Below, in pieces: positions 23,668-33,016 of a stretch of DNA of 59,638 bases. The stretch is from an uncultured Bacteroidales bacterium (GTDB lineage: Bacteria; Bacteroidota; Bacteroidia; Bacteroidales; Paludibacteraceae): the NCBI GenBank assembly GCA_937911235.1, contig CALDPN010000086.1, positions 1-59,638 on the forward strand, given 5' to 3'. The first letter of the stretch is position 1, and the number at the start of each line of letters is the position of its first letter. The position numbers and the translations under genes were made by a program. Under the pieces are notes generated by a model that saw only the letters and a program-made list of their open reading frames with translations, did no database searches and had not been told where the DNA came from.

Positions 23668-24516
23668 ATGAAAAAACTTACAATTTTATCAGTATTAGCA
23701 TTAGCTTTTGCTTTTACTTCTTGTGATTTTGAAACACAAGCATTTAAAGACATGCGTGCTCAGCGTGACTCTATTCAAGCACTTCAACAAACTCAATTAG
23801 ACGAGTTGCTAGGTTATATGGATATTGTTCAAGACGTAGACTCTAGCTTCGAGGCTATTCGTGAATCACAAAACATGCTTTCAATGGTATCATACGAAGA
23901 AGGTTCACAAGGTGTAAAACAAAGAGTACAAGAAAATATCTACATGATTAGCAATCTTTTAGCAGAAAATAACGCTAAAATTGCTGAACTAGAAGAAAAA
24001 TTCAACGAAAGCGATCTTAAAAACACAAAACTTCAAAAAACTATCAATCGTCTTAAAAAAGACCTAAAAGCTAAAAACGCAGAGATTACTAAACTATACA
24101 AAGATCTAGAAAGCAAAAACTTCAAAATTGATAGCTTATTAGTAGAAAATCAAATCGTTGGTCAACGTGCAGCAGAGCTTACAGCGCTATCAGAAGCACA
24201 ACTTGCTCAACTAAACGCACAAGATGTTGCTCTTCACACTGCATATTTCTTCATGGGTACCAGAAAAGAACTTAGAGCAAACGATATTAACGTAAAAGAC
24301 AAAGATTCAGGCTATCGTACTTCGTTATTTACTCCTATTGACGTACGTACATTCGATCGTTTAGCTACAGATTCTAAATCTGCAAAAATCTTAACCAAAC
24401 ACCCAGAAGGTTCATACGAACTAACTCGTGGCGAAGACAAAAAATACACTCTAGTAATCAAAAATCCAACTGATTTCTGGAATGCATCAAAATATCTTAT
24501 AATACAGGTTAAATAA
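23668..24516 (+). CDS. coiled-coil lipoprotein, unknown function
   Basis: Lipobox AFAFTSC. Long Q/L/K/E-rich helical region. Confidence 0.55.
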   Translation: MKKLTILSVLALAFAFTSCDFETQAFKDMRAQRDSIQALQQTQLDELLGYMDIVQDVDSSFEAIRESQNMLSMVSYEEGSQGVKQRVQENIYMISNLLAENNAKIAELEEKFNESDLKNTKLQKTINRLKKDLKAKNAEITKLYKDLESKNFKIDSLLVENQIVGQRAAELTALSEAQLAQLNAQDVALHTAYFFMGTRKELRANDINVKDKDSGYRTSLFTPIDVRTFDRLATDSKSAKILTKHPEGSYELTRGEDKKYTLVIKNPTDFWNASKYLIIQVK

Positions 24517-25218
24517 TTGTATAAAAACATTTTTATAGACTTAGATAATACGCTTTGGGACTTTCAGACAAATTCAAAGAACGTCCTGAGCGTATTATTT
24601 TTTAAGTATGGTTTAGATAAGTATTTTAAAGACTTTGACGAGTACTTTAAAATATACAGTGGGCATAATGACTACCTATGGGAGCAATATGCTCTAAACA
24701 AGATTAATAAAGACGAACTAAACAAAGAACGTTTTGCCTATCCATTGCGAGTAAAAAAAATAGATATGCCTGAGGTGGAAGAGGGTATGCAAAACAATTA
24801 TTTGCCCCTGCTTTCCGAGCAAACTGTTCTTATGCCAGGTTGCAAAGAAACCTTAGACTATTTAAAATCAAAAGGTTATAAGCTATATCTTGTGTCTAAT
24901 GGTTTTGTTGAAATTCAACACAAAAAACTCTCAGGAGCAGGACTTTACAAATACTTTGACAAACTATTTTTCTCAGAAGAGATTAAGGCGCACAAACCAA
25001 GTAGAGAGTTTTTCGATACTGCTATAAAATCTACAAACTCCAAGAAAAAAGAATCTATAGTAATAGGAGACAATTTCTTGGCAGATATTCAAGGAGCAAA
25101 AAATGCAGGTTTGCACCAAGTTTGGTTTTGTACTTCAGCAAGTCCAGATAAGTTGGCACTTCCATTTACTCCTACATATACTATAACTCAGCTAACAGAC
25201 CTAAAAGATATATTATGA
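24517..25218 (+). CDS. HAD-superfamily hydrolase (YjjG-like nucleotidase type)
   Basis: IFIDLDNTLWDF (DxD), LVSNG, IGDNFLADIQGAKNAG motifs. Confidence 0.8.
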   Translation: MYKNIFIDLDNTLWDFQTNSKNVLSVLFFKYGLDKYFKDFDEYFKIYSGHNDYLWEQYALNKINKDELNKERFAYPLRVKKIDMPEVEEGMQNNYLPLLSEQTVLMPGCKETLDYLKSKGYKLYLVSNGFVEIQHKKLSGAGLYKYFDKLFFSEEIKAHKPSREFFDTAIKSTNSKKKESIVIGDNFLADIQGAKNAGLHQVWFCTSASPDKLALPFTPTYTITQLTDLKDIL

Positions 25219-25976
25219 TAGATACTCATGCTCATATTTATGATTCAGCGTACTCTGCCGATTATCAGGAGATGGTAAATAGATGCAAAGAGGCTGGTGT
25301 GCAACATGTTATCCTACCAAATGTAGATAAAGAAACTTGGGCAGAAATAAAGGCCTTTCATAGTAAATATCCAGATTTTACATCGGTGATGTTGGGTATT
25401 CATCCCACAAGTATAGGCGAAGATTATCTGGCAATGTTAGATTTTTTTGATGCTGAGGTTCAGAAAAATGATTATATAGCCATTGGCGAAACTGGTTTAG
25501 ACCTTTATTGGGATAAAACCTATATAAAAGAACAAAAAATTTCATTCGAACATCATATAGATGTGGCAATATCTAAAGACTTGCCTATTTGCATACATTG
25601 TAGAGATTCCTATGCAGAAATAATTGATAGTTTGAAGAAGTTTAAAGGTAAATCTATTAGAGGTGTGGTGCATGCCTTTAGTTTATATCCAGAAAATGCT
25701 AAGCAATATCTTGAATATGGTGATTTTTACTTCGGATTGGGTGGAGTTATCACATATAAAAATGCAAAATTCCCAGAAAGATTGGGTGAAATTCCATTAG
25801 ATAGGATTTTACTTGAAACCGATTCGCCATATCTTACCCCTCAGCCTCATAGAGGAAAGAGAAATGAACCTACATATTTAGTTCATATAGCAGAAAAAAT
25901 AGCCCAAATTTATGGTGTTTCACCAGAGGAAATAAAGAATAAGACTACAGAAAATGCCCAAAGATTATTTTTTTAA
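25215..25976 (+). CDS. TatD-family metal-dependent hydrolase
   Basis: MIDTHAHI, GETGLDLYW, PICIHCRD, LLETDSPYL motifs. Confidence 0.9.
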   Translation: MIDTHAHIYDSAYSADYQEMVNRCKEAGVQHVILPNVDKETWAEIKAFHSKYPDFTSVMLGIHPTSIGEDYLAMLDFFDAEVQKNDYIAIGETGLDLYWDKTYIKEQKISFEHHIDVAISKDLPICIHCRDSYAEIIDSLKKFKGKSIRGVVHAFSLYPENAKQYLEYGDFYFGLGGVITYKNAKFPERLGEIPLDRILLETDSPYLTPQPHRGKRNEPTYLVHIAEKIAQIYGVSPEEIKNKTTENAQRLFF

Positions 25977-26137
25977 CACCTTTGAGCGAAGTTTTTTCTT
26001 AAAATCTTTGTGTTTTTCTCGTTCTTTTTGTAACTTGCACTCGTTTTAGGAGCAGTGCGTCAAATCTCGTGTTCTTAGCATAGAAAAGTATTCAATAATT
26101 TAATTAACTAATAATATTCATTAAAATTAAAAGTAAC

Positions 26138-26947
26138 ATGAAAAAATTAATCACAATGCTAGCTGTATTAGCTGGTTTAAGTATGTTTAGTGTTTATGCA
26201 CAAGAAGAAGCTGCTCCAGTAGCTGATTCAGTAGCAACAGAACAAGTAGAAGCTATCTCAGAAGAACCTGCAGTAGTTGAAGAAGAAGCTGCTCCAGCAG
26301 AAGAAGCTCAAGGCGGTATTCACCAAGCTCTAAAACAAAAATTCATCGAAGGTGGTGCTGGCTTCATGAGTACTTGTGCTCTTTGTCTTGTACTAGGTTT
26401 AGCAATCGCTATCGAACGTATCATCTACTTAGCAATGGCTAGCACTGATTCTAAAAAATTATTAGCTGCTGTAGAAAAAGCACTAGAAGAAGAAGGTGTT
26501 GAAGCTGCTAAAGAAATCTGCCGCAACTCTCGTGGTCCTGTTGCTTCTATCTTCTACCAAGGTCTAATGCGTATCGACGAAGGTATCGACGTAGCAGAAA
26601 AATCTATCATCGCTTACGGTGGTGTACAAGCTGGTATGTTAGAAAAGAACGTTAGCTGGATTGGTCTATTCATCGGTCTTGCTCCTATGTTAGGTTTCAT
26701 GGGTACTGTAATCGGTATGATCGAAGCGTTCGACCGTATCCAACAAGCAGGTGATATCTCAGCTACTATCGTTGCTGGTGGTATTAAAGTAGCTCTTATT
26801 ACTACTGTGTTTGGTCTTATCGTTGCTATCATCCTTCAAATTTTCTATAACTTCATTCTATCTCGTATCGAATCTAACGTTGCAGACATGGAAGATTCTT
26901 CTATCACTATGTTAGATATCTTAATGAAATACAATGTAAAAAAATAA
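26138..26947 (+). CDS. exbB: MotA/TolQ/ExbB proton-channel protein
   Basis: Signal/linker region followed by three TM segments. LGFMGTVIGMIEAF signature. Confidence 0.85.
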   Translation: MKKLITMLAVLAGLSMFSVYAQEEAAPVADSVATEQVEAISEEPAVVEEEAAPAEEAQGGIHQALKQKFIEGGAGFMSTCALCLVLGLAIAIERIIYLAMASTDSKKLLAAVEKALEEEGVEAAKEICRNSRGPVASIFYQGLMRIDEGIDVAEKSIIAYGGVQAGMLEKNVSWIGLFIGLAPMLGFMGTVIGMIEAFDRIQQAGDISATIVAGGIKVALITTVFGLIVAIILQIFYNFILSRIESNVADMEDSSITMLDILMKYNVKK

Positions 26948-26965
26948 TTTCTAGGAGATTTGATT

Positions 26966-27415
26966 ATGTTAAATAAATTATCATCAATAGTATTATATAT
27001 ACTTAGCGCAGCAACTGTTGTGGTAGGTTTATTATTCTACTTAGGTGGCGATGTCGATCCTAATGCAGAATATATTGAACCTGTTTACACAAACAGTTTG
27101 ATATTGCTTATGTATTCTTTTGTTGCTATTGCTGCTATTATTGTAGTGATAGGTCAAACATTTGAATTCGTAAGAAAAGCTATTGCAAATCCAAAACAAG
27201 CACTTAAATCTATTTTAGTGTTTACTTTATTAGCTATCCTTTTAATCGTTACATATTTTGTATCAGATGGCAAACAAGTAGAAGTATTAGGTGTAGAACC
27301 TATCTCAGAAGTTTGGGTTAGAATAGTTGATATGCAATTATATTCTACTTATGTACTAACTGCAATTGGTTTAGTACTAATGGCTGTAGGTGGTCTATTC
27401 AAAAAAATTAAATAA
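26966..27415 (+). CDS. small polytopic membrane protein of the exbB-exbD cluster
   Basis: Four hydrophobic helices. ATG at 26966 (the track start at 26960 is TTG). Confidence 0.55.
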   Translation: MLNKLSSIVLYILSAATVVVGLLFYLGGDVDPNAEYIEPVYTNSLILLMYSFVAIAAIIVVIGQTFEFVRKAIANPKQALKSILVFTLLAILLIVTYFVSDGKQVEVLGVEPISEVWVRIVDMQLYSTYVLTAIGLVLMAVGGLFKKIK

Positions 27416-27429
27416 GAAAGGGGAATATT

Positions 27430-28020
27430 ATGGCAAGAGCAAAAAAGAAAGTGCCTGAAGTGAACTCAAGTTCAACAGCCGATATCGCGTTTTTGCTTTT
27501 GGTATTCTTCCTATGTACCACCACTATGGCGGTAAATAAAGGTTTGGCACGTCGTCTTCCTCCTCCTGTTCCTGCAGAACAAAAAACAGAGGACTTGAAG
27601 GTAAAAGAACGTAACGTATTCGTAGTGCTACTTAACAGTAATGACCAATTACTAGTACAAGGCGAATATGCAGATGTGTCTGAACTTAAAGATAAAGCAA
27701 AGGAATTTATCAAAAACGAAAGTAACGCCGAAAATCTACCAGAAAAAGAAGTAATTGAAGTAGAATACTTCGGTAATGTAGCTGTAACTAAAAACCACGT
27801 AATCTCATTACAAAACGACCGCGGTACTTCATACGCTGCATATATCAATGTGCAAAATGAACTTGTGGCTGCTTACAATGAATTACGTAATGACATAGCT
27901 AAAGCTAAATTTGGACAACTATATGACGATCTAAATGAAGATCAACAAAAGGCAATCCAAAAGATTTATCCACAAAAAATATCTGAAGCAGAACCTAAAA
28001 ACTATGGAGGAAAAAAATAA
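27430..28020 (+). CDS. exbD: ExbD/TolR biopolymer transport protein
   Basis: N-terminal SSTADIAFLLLVFFL single TM followed by a periplasmic domain. Confidence 0.8.
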   Translation: MARAKKKVPEVNSSSTADIAFLLLVFFLCTTTMAVNKGLARRLPPPVPAEQKTEDLKVKERNVFVVLLNSNDQLLVQGEYADVSELKDKAKEFIKNESNAENLPEKEVIEVEYFGNVAVTKNHVISLQNDRGTSYAAYINVQNELVAAYNELRNDIAKAKFGQLYDDLNEDQQKAIQKIYPQKISEAEPKNYGGKK

Positions 28021-28496
28021 TGGGAAGATTTAGAGATAATTCATCTACTAAAGAGATACCAGCTATTAGTACAGCGTCACTACCTGATATCATCTTTATG
28101 CTATTATTCTTCTTTATGATTTCTACCTCTATGAAAGAAGTGGATTATAAAGTAGGTATCGCAATGCCAGAAGCAACTGAATTACAAAAACTAGAAAAGA
28201 AAACTCTAGTTCGTAATATCTACGTTGGTAAACCAGTAGCTAAATTTAGAGCTCAATATGGTACAGAGCCACGTATTCAGCTTGACGACGCATTTGCTGA
28301 TGTAAACCAAATTGAAAACTATGTGGTTTCTGAACGTTCTGCAATGCCAGAGCACGAACAAGATTTATTGACTGTATGCTTAAAAGTAGATAAAGATACA
28401 AAAATGGGTATCGTAACCGATATCAAACAAGCTTTACGTAGAGCATACGCATTAAAACTTAACTATGCTGCTATGGATAGAGCAAACGAGCAATAA
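28020..28496 (+). CDS. exbD: ExbD/TolR biopolymer transport protein (second copy)
   Basis: ISTASLPDIIFMLLFFFM TM motif. 1-nt overlap with the previous gene. Confidence 0.8.
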   Translation: MGRFRDNSSTKEIPAISTASLPDIIFMLLFFFMISTSMKEVDYKVGIAMPEATELQKLEKKTLVRNIYVGKPVAKFRAQYGTEPRIQLDDAFADVNQIENYVVSERSAMPEHEQDLLTVCLKVDKDTKMGIVTDIKQALRRAYALKLNYAAMDRANEQ

Positions 28497-28520
28497 TACA
28501 CATTATACTCAATATTTTAA

Positions 28521-28552
28521 TAGGGCGACTTCAAGGTTGCCCTATTGTTTTA
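28521..28552 (+). terminator. hairpin after the exbBD operon
   Basis: TAGGGCGAC..GTTGCCCTA (8/9 bp) followed by TTGTTTT. Confidence 0.4.
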
Positions 28553-28560
28553 TTAATTAT

Positions 28561-30216
28561 ATGAAGAAGATTTTTTTAGTTTTATTTGTATTTCTTAATA
28601 TTTGCGCCTACGCTCAGGTGCCAAATCATCTAATATCTCCTGTAGATATACCTGTTACCCTTAGTGCAAGTTTTGGTGAACTAAGACCAAATCACTTTCA
28701 CTCTGGTATAGATATAAAAACCGAGCAGCAGATAGGGCTTCCTATGTATAGCATAGATGATGGTTATGTTTGGCGTATATCTATCTCAAAAGGTGGTTAT
28801 GGAAATTGTCTATATTTAAAACATAAAGACGTGATTTCTGTATATGCTCACTTAGATAGATTTACTCCAGAAATAACAGAGTGGGTAAGAGATTATCAAT
28901 ACAAGAATAAAACTTTTGAAATCGACGCTTATCTTAAGCCAAATGAATTGCCAGTTAAACAAGGACAGCAAGTAGCTTGGGGTGGAAATTCTGGTTCTTC
29001 TGGTGGTCCTCACCTTCACTTTGAAATACGTGATACAACAGGAGTGTATGTTTACGATGCACAACCTTTGTATAACGTATATGACAATGTTTATCCTCGT
29101 TTCAAGAATATTGCTATAAACCCAGTATCTGGTTTAGGTTTGGTAGATGGCTCTGCCGCATTTAAAATGTATGGAGTAAAACGCGTAGGCACTGGCCAGT
29201 ACACGGCTCCTACCATTAAAGCATGGGGTAAGATAGGCATAGAGGTGAAAGCATTCGACTATATGACAGGTCAAAACAACTTCTATGGTGTTAAGTCGCT
29301 AAAACTACTAGTTGACGATAAACTTACCTTTAGTTATACCATTGATAAGTTTTCACTAGACGACTCTAGATATATAAACTCATTTATCAATTATGGTCAG
29401 TGGCAAAAAACTAGAGATACATTTATGAGATGTTATCTACTTCCAAATAACCCACTACCTTTTTATACCTCTTACAATAAAGGTTATTTGGATATAAATG
29501 AGGAAAAAGACTATAAAGTGCGCATTCTTATTGCAGACGTAGTAGGAAATACATCAGAACTAAATTTTGTAATTAAAGGTGTGCAAAAGGAAATTCCGTT
29601 GGTATTAAAAGATAGTGGCACATATCTAGATTATAGATTTACATCTATCGTGGAAGGTGAAGGCTACGGAATGGTTATTCCAAAAGGAAGCTTTTATGAT
29701 AATGTATATTTCGACCATAAAGTGAAATTTGATAGCGCATTAAATGCCAATGTATATCAAATGCATTACCTTACAGAACCTCTACAAAACTATGCAAGAT
29801 TATTTATAAAATTACCTAAAGATAGTGTGCCTGCAGATAAGCATTATGTGGCTCGCAAATCGAGAAAAGGTGATTGGAACTATGTAAATACTAAGTTGTA
29901 CAATGATAGTATCTTGCTTGCTAAAACAAATACTTTAGGCGATTTCACAGTAAAAGTAGATACTATTGCTCCAGAGATACGTCCACAGTCTCGCACATCA
30001 AATAGAATACTTTTAAAACTAGTTGACAAACAAAGTGGTGTGAAAAGATACGAGGGCTATATCAACGGAGAATGGGTGCTATTTGAAGAAGACTTCCACG
30101 GCAGAGTGTCTTATAAAGTAGATAAAAAGAGACTAAAAGCAAAACGCCCATATAACCTAGAGTTTCGTGTCTACGACAACTGCGGAAATATGAGCGAATA
30201 TAAATTGAAATGGTAA
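28561..30216 (+). CDS. M23-family metallopeptidase
   Basis: Start at MKKIFLVLFVFLNICAYAQ (signal peptide); the upstream track extension overlaps exbD. HFHSGIDI and GNSGSSGGPHLHFEIR motifs. Confidence 0.8.
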   Translation: MKKIFLVLFVFLNICAYAQVPNHLISPVDIPVTLSASFGELRPNHFHSGIDIKTEQQIGLPMYSIDDGYVWRISISKGGYGNCLYLKHKDVISVYAHLDRFTPEITEWVRDYQYKNKTFEIDAYLKPNELPVKQGQQVAWGGNSGSSGGPHLHFEIRDTTGVYVYDAQPLYNVYDNVYPRFKNIAINPVSGLGLVDGSAAFKMYGVKRVGTGQYTAPTIKAWGKIGIEVKAFDYMTGQNNFYGVKSLKLLVDDKLTFSYTIDKFSLDDSRYINSFINYGQWQKTRDTFMRCYLLPNNPLPFYTSYNKGYLDINEEKDYKVRILIADVVGNTSELNFVIKGVQKEIPLVLKDSGTYLDYRFTSIVEGEGYGMVIPKGSFYDNVYFDHKVKFDSALNANVYQMHYLTEPLQNYARLFIKLPKDSVPADKHYVARKSRKGDWNYVNTKLYNDSILLAKTNTLGDFTVKVDTIAPEIRPQSRTSNRILLKLVDKQSGVKRYEGYINGEWVLFEEDFHGRVSYKVDKKRLKAKRPYNLEFRVYDNCGNMSEYKLKW

Positions 30217-30561
30217 TTATAGCTTAACACAAACTTGTGTAACTTGCCCTCCTAGTGGAGGGTTAAGTTTGCAAAGTTTCACTTCTGCTTCTACAATTTG
30301 AGGATATTCTTTCAGAACTGTGGTTTTAATTCTTTGGGCCACGTGTTCTATTAAGTGAGATGGTTTTTCCATCTCTTTTTTTATTGTTTGATATACAGAA
30401 AGGTAGTTTACAGCTTTAGTAACGTCGTCTGTCTCGATAGCCTCTGTGGCATCGTATTTCAAACGCATTGACACTGTAAAGTATGTACCCACCTTTTGCT
30501 CCAGAGAGTAGCAGCCGTGGTGAGCATAAAATTGCATATCGTTTATTTCTATCTCTACCAT
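30217..30561 (-). CDS. folB: dihydroneopterin aldolase
   Basis: FYAHHGCYSLEQKVGTYF... with the typical 114-aa size. Confidence 0.85.
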   Translation of the reverse strand: MVEIEINDMQFYAHHGCYSLEQKVGTYFTVSMRLKYDATEAIETDDVTKAVNYLSVYQTIKKEMEKPSHLIEHVAQRIKTTVLKEYPQIVEAEVKLCKLNPPLGGQVTQVCVKL

Positions 30562-30562
30562 A

Positions 30563-31303
30563 TTAAATGTTTAAGCCACCACAGCAACTAATTACTTGAC
30601 CAGTTACGTAAGAAGCCATGTCTGAAGCCAAGAAAACTGCCACATTAGCCACGTCTTCTACTTTACCTTCTCTGCGTAGTGGAATATTAAGAATCAATTG
30701 TTTTTTAAGGTCTTCGTTTAGCACGCCTGTCATATCTGTAGCAATAAAGCCTGGTGCAATGGCATTTACTCTAACGCCTCTACTGCCAAGTTCTTTTGCA
30801 ACAGATTTGGTTAAACCAATCATACCTGCTTTAGAAGCTGCATAGTTTGCTTGTCCAGCATTGCCACTAATACCTACCACAGATGTCATATTAATAATGC
30901 TACCTGAGCGTTGTCTCATCATAATAGGTGTGATGGCGTGAACATAGTTGAATGCAGATTTTAGGTTGGTGTTGATTACTGCGTCCCATTGTTCTTCTGT
31001 CATACGCATTAAAAGACCATCTTTTGTAATACCTGCATTGTTTACTAAAATATCTATTCTGCCAAAGTCTTTCATCACTTCTGCAATTACTTCAGAAGCA
31101 GAAGTAAAGCATGCAGCATCAGCAGCGTATGCTTTTGCTGTGCCGCCCATTGCTGCAATCTCGTTTGCCAAAGACTCGCTGCGTTCGTCGTGTTTTCTCA
31201 CTGTGAATGCCACTGTGGCACCCTTTTTTGCATACTCTAAGGCAATACCTTTACCAATGCCTTGAGCAGCTCCAGTGATAAGTGCTATTTTTCCTTTTAA
31301 CAT
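30563..31303 (-). CDS. fabG: 3-oxoacyl-[ACP] reductase (SDR)
   Basis: LKGKIALITGAAQGIGKG, NNAGI, YAASKAG motifs. Start taken at Met8 of the track ORF. Confidence 0.85.
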   Translation of the reverse strand: MLKGKIALITGAAQGIGKGIALEYAKKGATVAFTVRKHDERSESLANEIAAMGGTAKAYAADAACFTSASEVIAEVMKDFGRIDILVNNAGITKDGLLMRMTEEQWDAVINTNLKSAFNYVHAITPIMMRQRSGSIINMTSVVGISGNAGQANYAASKAGMIGLTKSVAKELGSRGVRVNAIAPGFIATDMTGVLNEDLKKQLILNIPLRREGKVEDVANVAVFLASDMASYVTGQVISCCGGLNI

Positions 31304-31305
31304 AA

Positions 31306-32067
31306 TTAATCTGCGCTTTTCCAAAATGGGAAATTTTGTCTAAATTTCTCCATTGGTTGTTTATCAATTGTAAATGTTCTAATTTCTTCTTTGCCTTCTT
31401 CTGCTTTGTCAATTACTTTTCCTCTGTAATCGATGCAAACAGAACCACCAGAATAACTTAAATGATTGTTGTCTTTGCCCACTCTGTTGCATGCACACAC
31501 GTAAGATTGATTTTCTATGGCTCTTGCAAGCAGTAGGGTATCGAAAGCAAACTGTCTGTTTACTGGCCATTCAGCCACAAATATCATTAAGTCGTATTTT
31601 AGGTCTTTATTTCTAAGCCAAACAGGGAAGCGAAGGTCGAAGCAAATGGCAAGGTTTATATTCCAACCTTCATATTCAAAGATAAGAGGTTTGCGTCCAG
31701 AAGTGAAAATTCTTTCTTCTCCCCCTAAAAACAAATGCTTTTTGTCGTAAAATAGTTTGTTTCCGTTAGGGAATACTGCAAAACCTCTATTGAAATATTT
31801 ATCGCCGTCTTTGGCTATAAAGCTTCCTATAAAAAGAGAATTATATTCCTTAGCCCATTTGCTCACGGTTTGCATGGTAGTGCCGTCGTTTCCTTCAGCA
31901 AGGTCTGGAGCAGAAACGGTAAATGCAGTAGTAAACATTTCAGGAAGAACCACTATGTCGCTCTCTGGGAGGTTTTGTAGTAGTTCTTCTACGTGGTTTA
32001 GGTTGGCATTTATGTCTTCCCAAATCACATCCATTTGCACTAGGCTAATTCTTAATGTCTCTTTCAC
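31306..32067 (-). CDS. carbon-nitrogen hydrolase (nitrilase superfamily, YafV/omega-amidase-like)
   Basis: LRISLVQMDVIWED, LPEMF, AICFDLRFP (Cys nucleophile context). Confidence 0.8.
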   Translation of the reverse strand: MKETLRISLVQMDVIWEDINANLNHVEELLQNLPESDIVVLPEMFTTAFTVSAPDLAEGNDGTTMQTVSKWAKEYNSLFIGSFIAKDGDKYFNRGFAVFPNGNKLFYDKKHLFLGGEERIFTSGRKPLIFEYEGWNINLAICFDLRFPVWLRNKDLKYDLMIFVAEWPVNRQFAFDTLLLARAIENQSYVCACNRVGKDNNHLSYSGGSVCIDYRGKVIDKAEEGKEEIRTFTIDKQPMEKFRQNFPFWKSAD

Positions 32068-32618
32068 GCTAGGCCTAAATCGAAATATTCTGGTTTTTTG
32101 GCTGTGATGCCTAAATATCTTTCTTTAATATACTTAATATCAAGAGCTTCGTTGTCGGTAGGTTTGAAAAGGTCTAAAATTTTAGCCTTTTTCTCTTTAA
32201 AGTCTAAACCAACAATTAAAATAGGAATATCTGCTTTTTTTGCAATATGATAAAATCCCATTTTCCAATCTGGGTTTGCTTTGCGAGTACCTTCTGGGGT
32301 GATAGCAAGGTGCAGTTCTTTTGCTTTTTTAATTTGTTCGGCAAGTCTGTCTGTTAGTGATGTTTTTTTATCACGTGCCACACCAATTGCTCCATGAAGT
32401 TTAAGCCACCAACCCACTAGAATATTGTCCACCCATTCTTTTTTGATAAGAAAAGATGTTTTTTTCCCTAGTGAGCCGTATGCTATTTTACCTATAAGGA
32501 AGTCCCAGTTTGAAGTATGGGGTGCAACACAGATAACTAATTTTTTGTCCTTAGGAAGTGTTCCTTCTATTTCCCAAGACGAAAGCTTCATAAGGAGTTT
32601 ATAAATTCTCTGTTTCAT
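32064..32618 (-). CDS. PlsC-type acyltransferase
   Basis: HTSNWD (HxxxxD) and ITPEGTR motifs. Confidence 0.7.
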   Translation of the reverse strand: MKQRIYKLLMKLSSWEIEGTLPKDKKLVICVAPHTSNWDFLIGKIAYGSLGKKTSFLIKKEWVDNILVGWWLKLHGAIGVARDKKTSLTDRLAEQIKKAKELHLAITPEGTRKANPDWKMGFYHIAKKADIPILIVGLDFKEKKAKILDLFKPTDNEALDIKYIKERYLGITAKKPEYFDLGLA

Positions 32619-32620
32619 TA

Positions 32621-32902
32621 TTAAGCAAGTTCTTCAAGTTCTTTACTGATGGCCATAACGTCGTTTAGTAAGTCTTGACCTAGTTTTCTGTAATATGCTT
32701 TTACTAATTTTGGATTGTCTTTGCCATCTGGTTTGCCAGCGCGGGTGATAAAGTCATTACTACTTAAGAATATTTTATTGAATAAAACTTCTATTTTGTC
32801 GTGGTTTTCTGCTGCGCTCACACAAGAAAGTTTGAAACATTCTGTTAGAAGTTCTGCATACAAGTAATTAATGTCTTTTTTAAGTGCTTTTCTACTAGCC
32901 AT
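32621..32902 (-). CDS. small helical hypothetical protein
   Basis: Start taken at MASRKALKKD. No family recognised. Confidence 0.4.
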   Translation of the reverse strand: MASRKALKKDINYLYAELLTECFKLSCVSAAENHDKIEVLFNKIFLSSNDFITRAGKPDGKDNPKLVKAYYRKLGQDLLNDVMAISKELEELA

Positions 32903-33016
32903 AACTATAAAATTTAAAATTTGTACTACAAATATAATGTTTTTTTTACGTAAAAACGCAATCAAATTCTTATTTTTGTACAAAATAGTTTGTTCACTTT
33001 TTTAAGTGTAAAAATA

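Noticed and set aside
27408-27848. Long antisense ORFs inside well-supported genes. Examples: 27408-27848, 46627-46995, 8072-8464, 31757-32107, 35711-36049, 55996-56325, 15024-15293.
   Set aside because: Each lies fully within, and opposite to, a CDS with clear family motifs. Their translations are low-complexity or hydrophobic artefacts typical of AT-rich antisense frames.
28465-28560. N-terminal extensions proposed by the ORF track (28465 for the M23 peptidase, 36275 for proC, 32990 for the beta-helix lipoprotein, 12965 for the Ubl, 15034 for the coiled-coil protein, 21162 for the TPR protein).
   Set aside because: The extensions overlap upstream genes or use non-ATG starts. Internal ATGs give canonical signal peptides or the conserved N-termini (e.g. 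MKNIAIIGAGNMGG for ProC).
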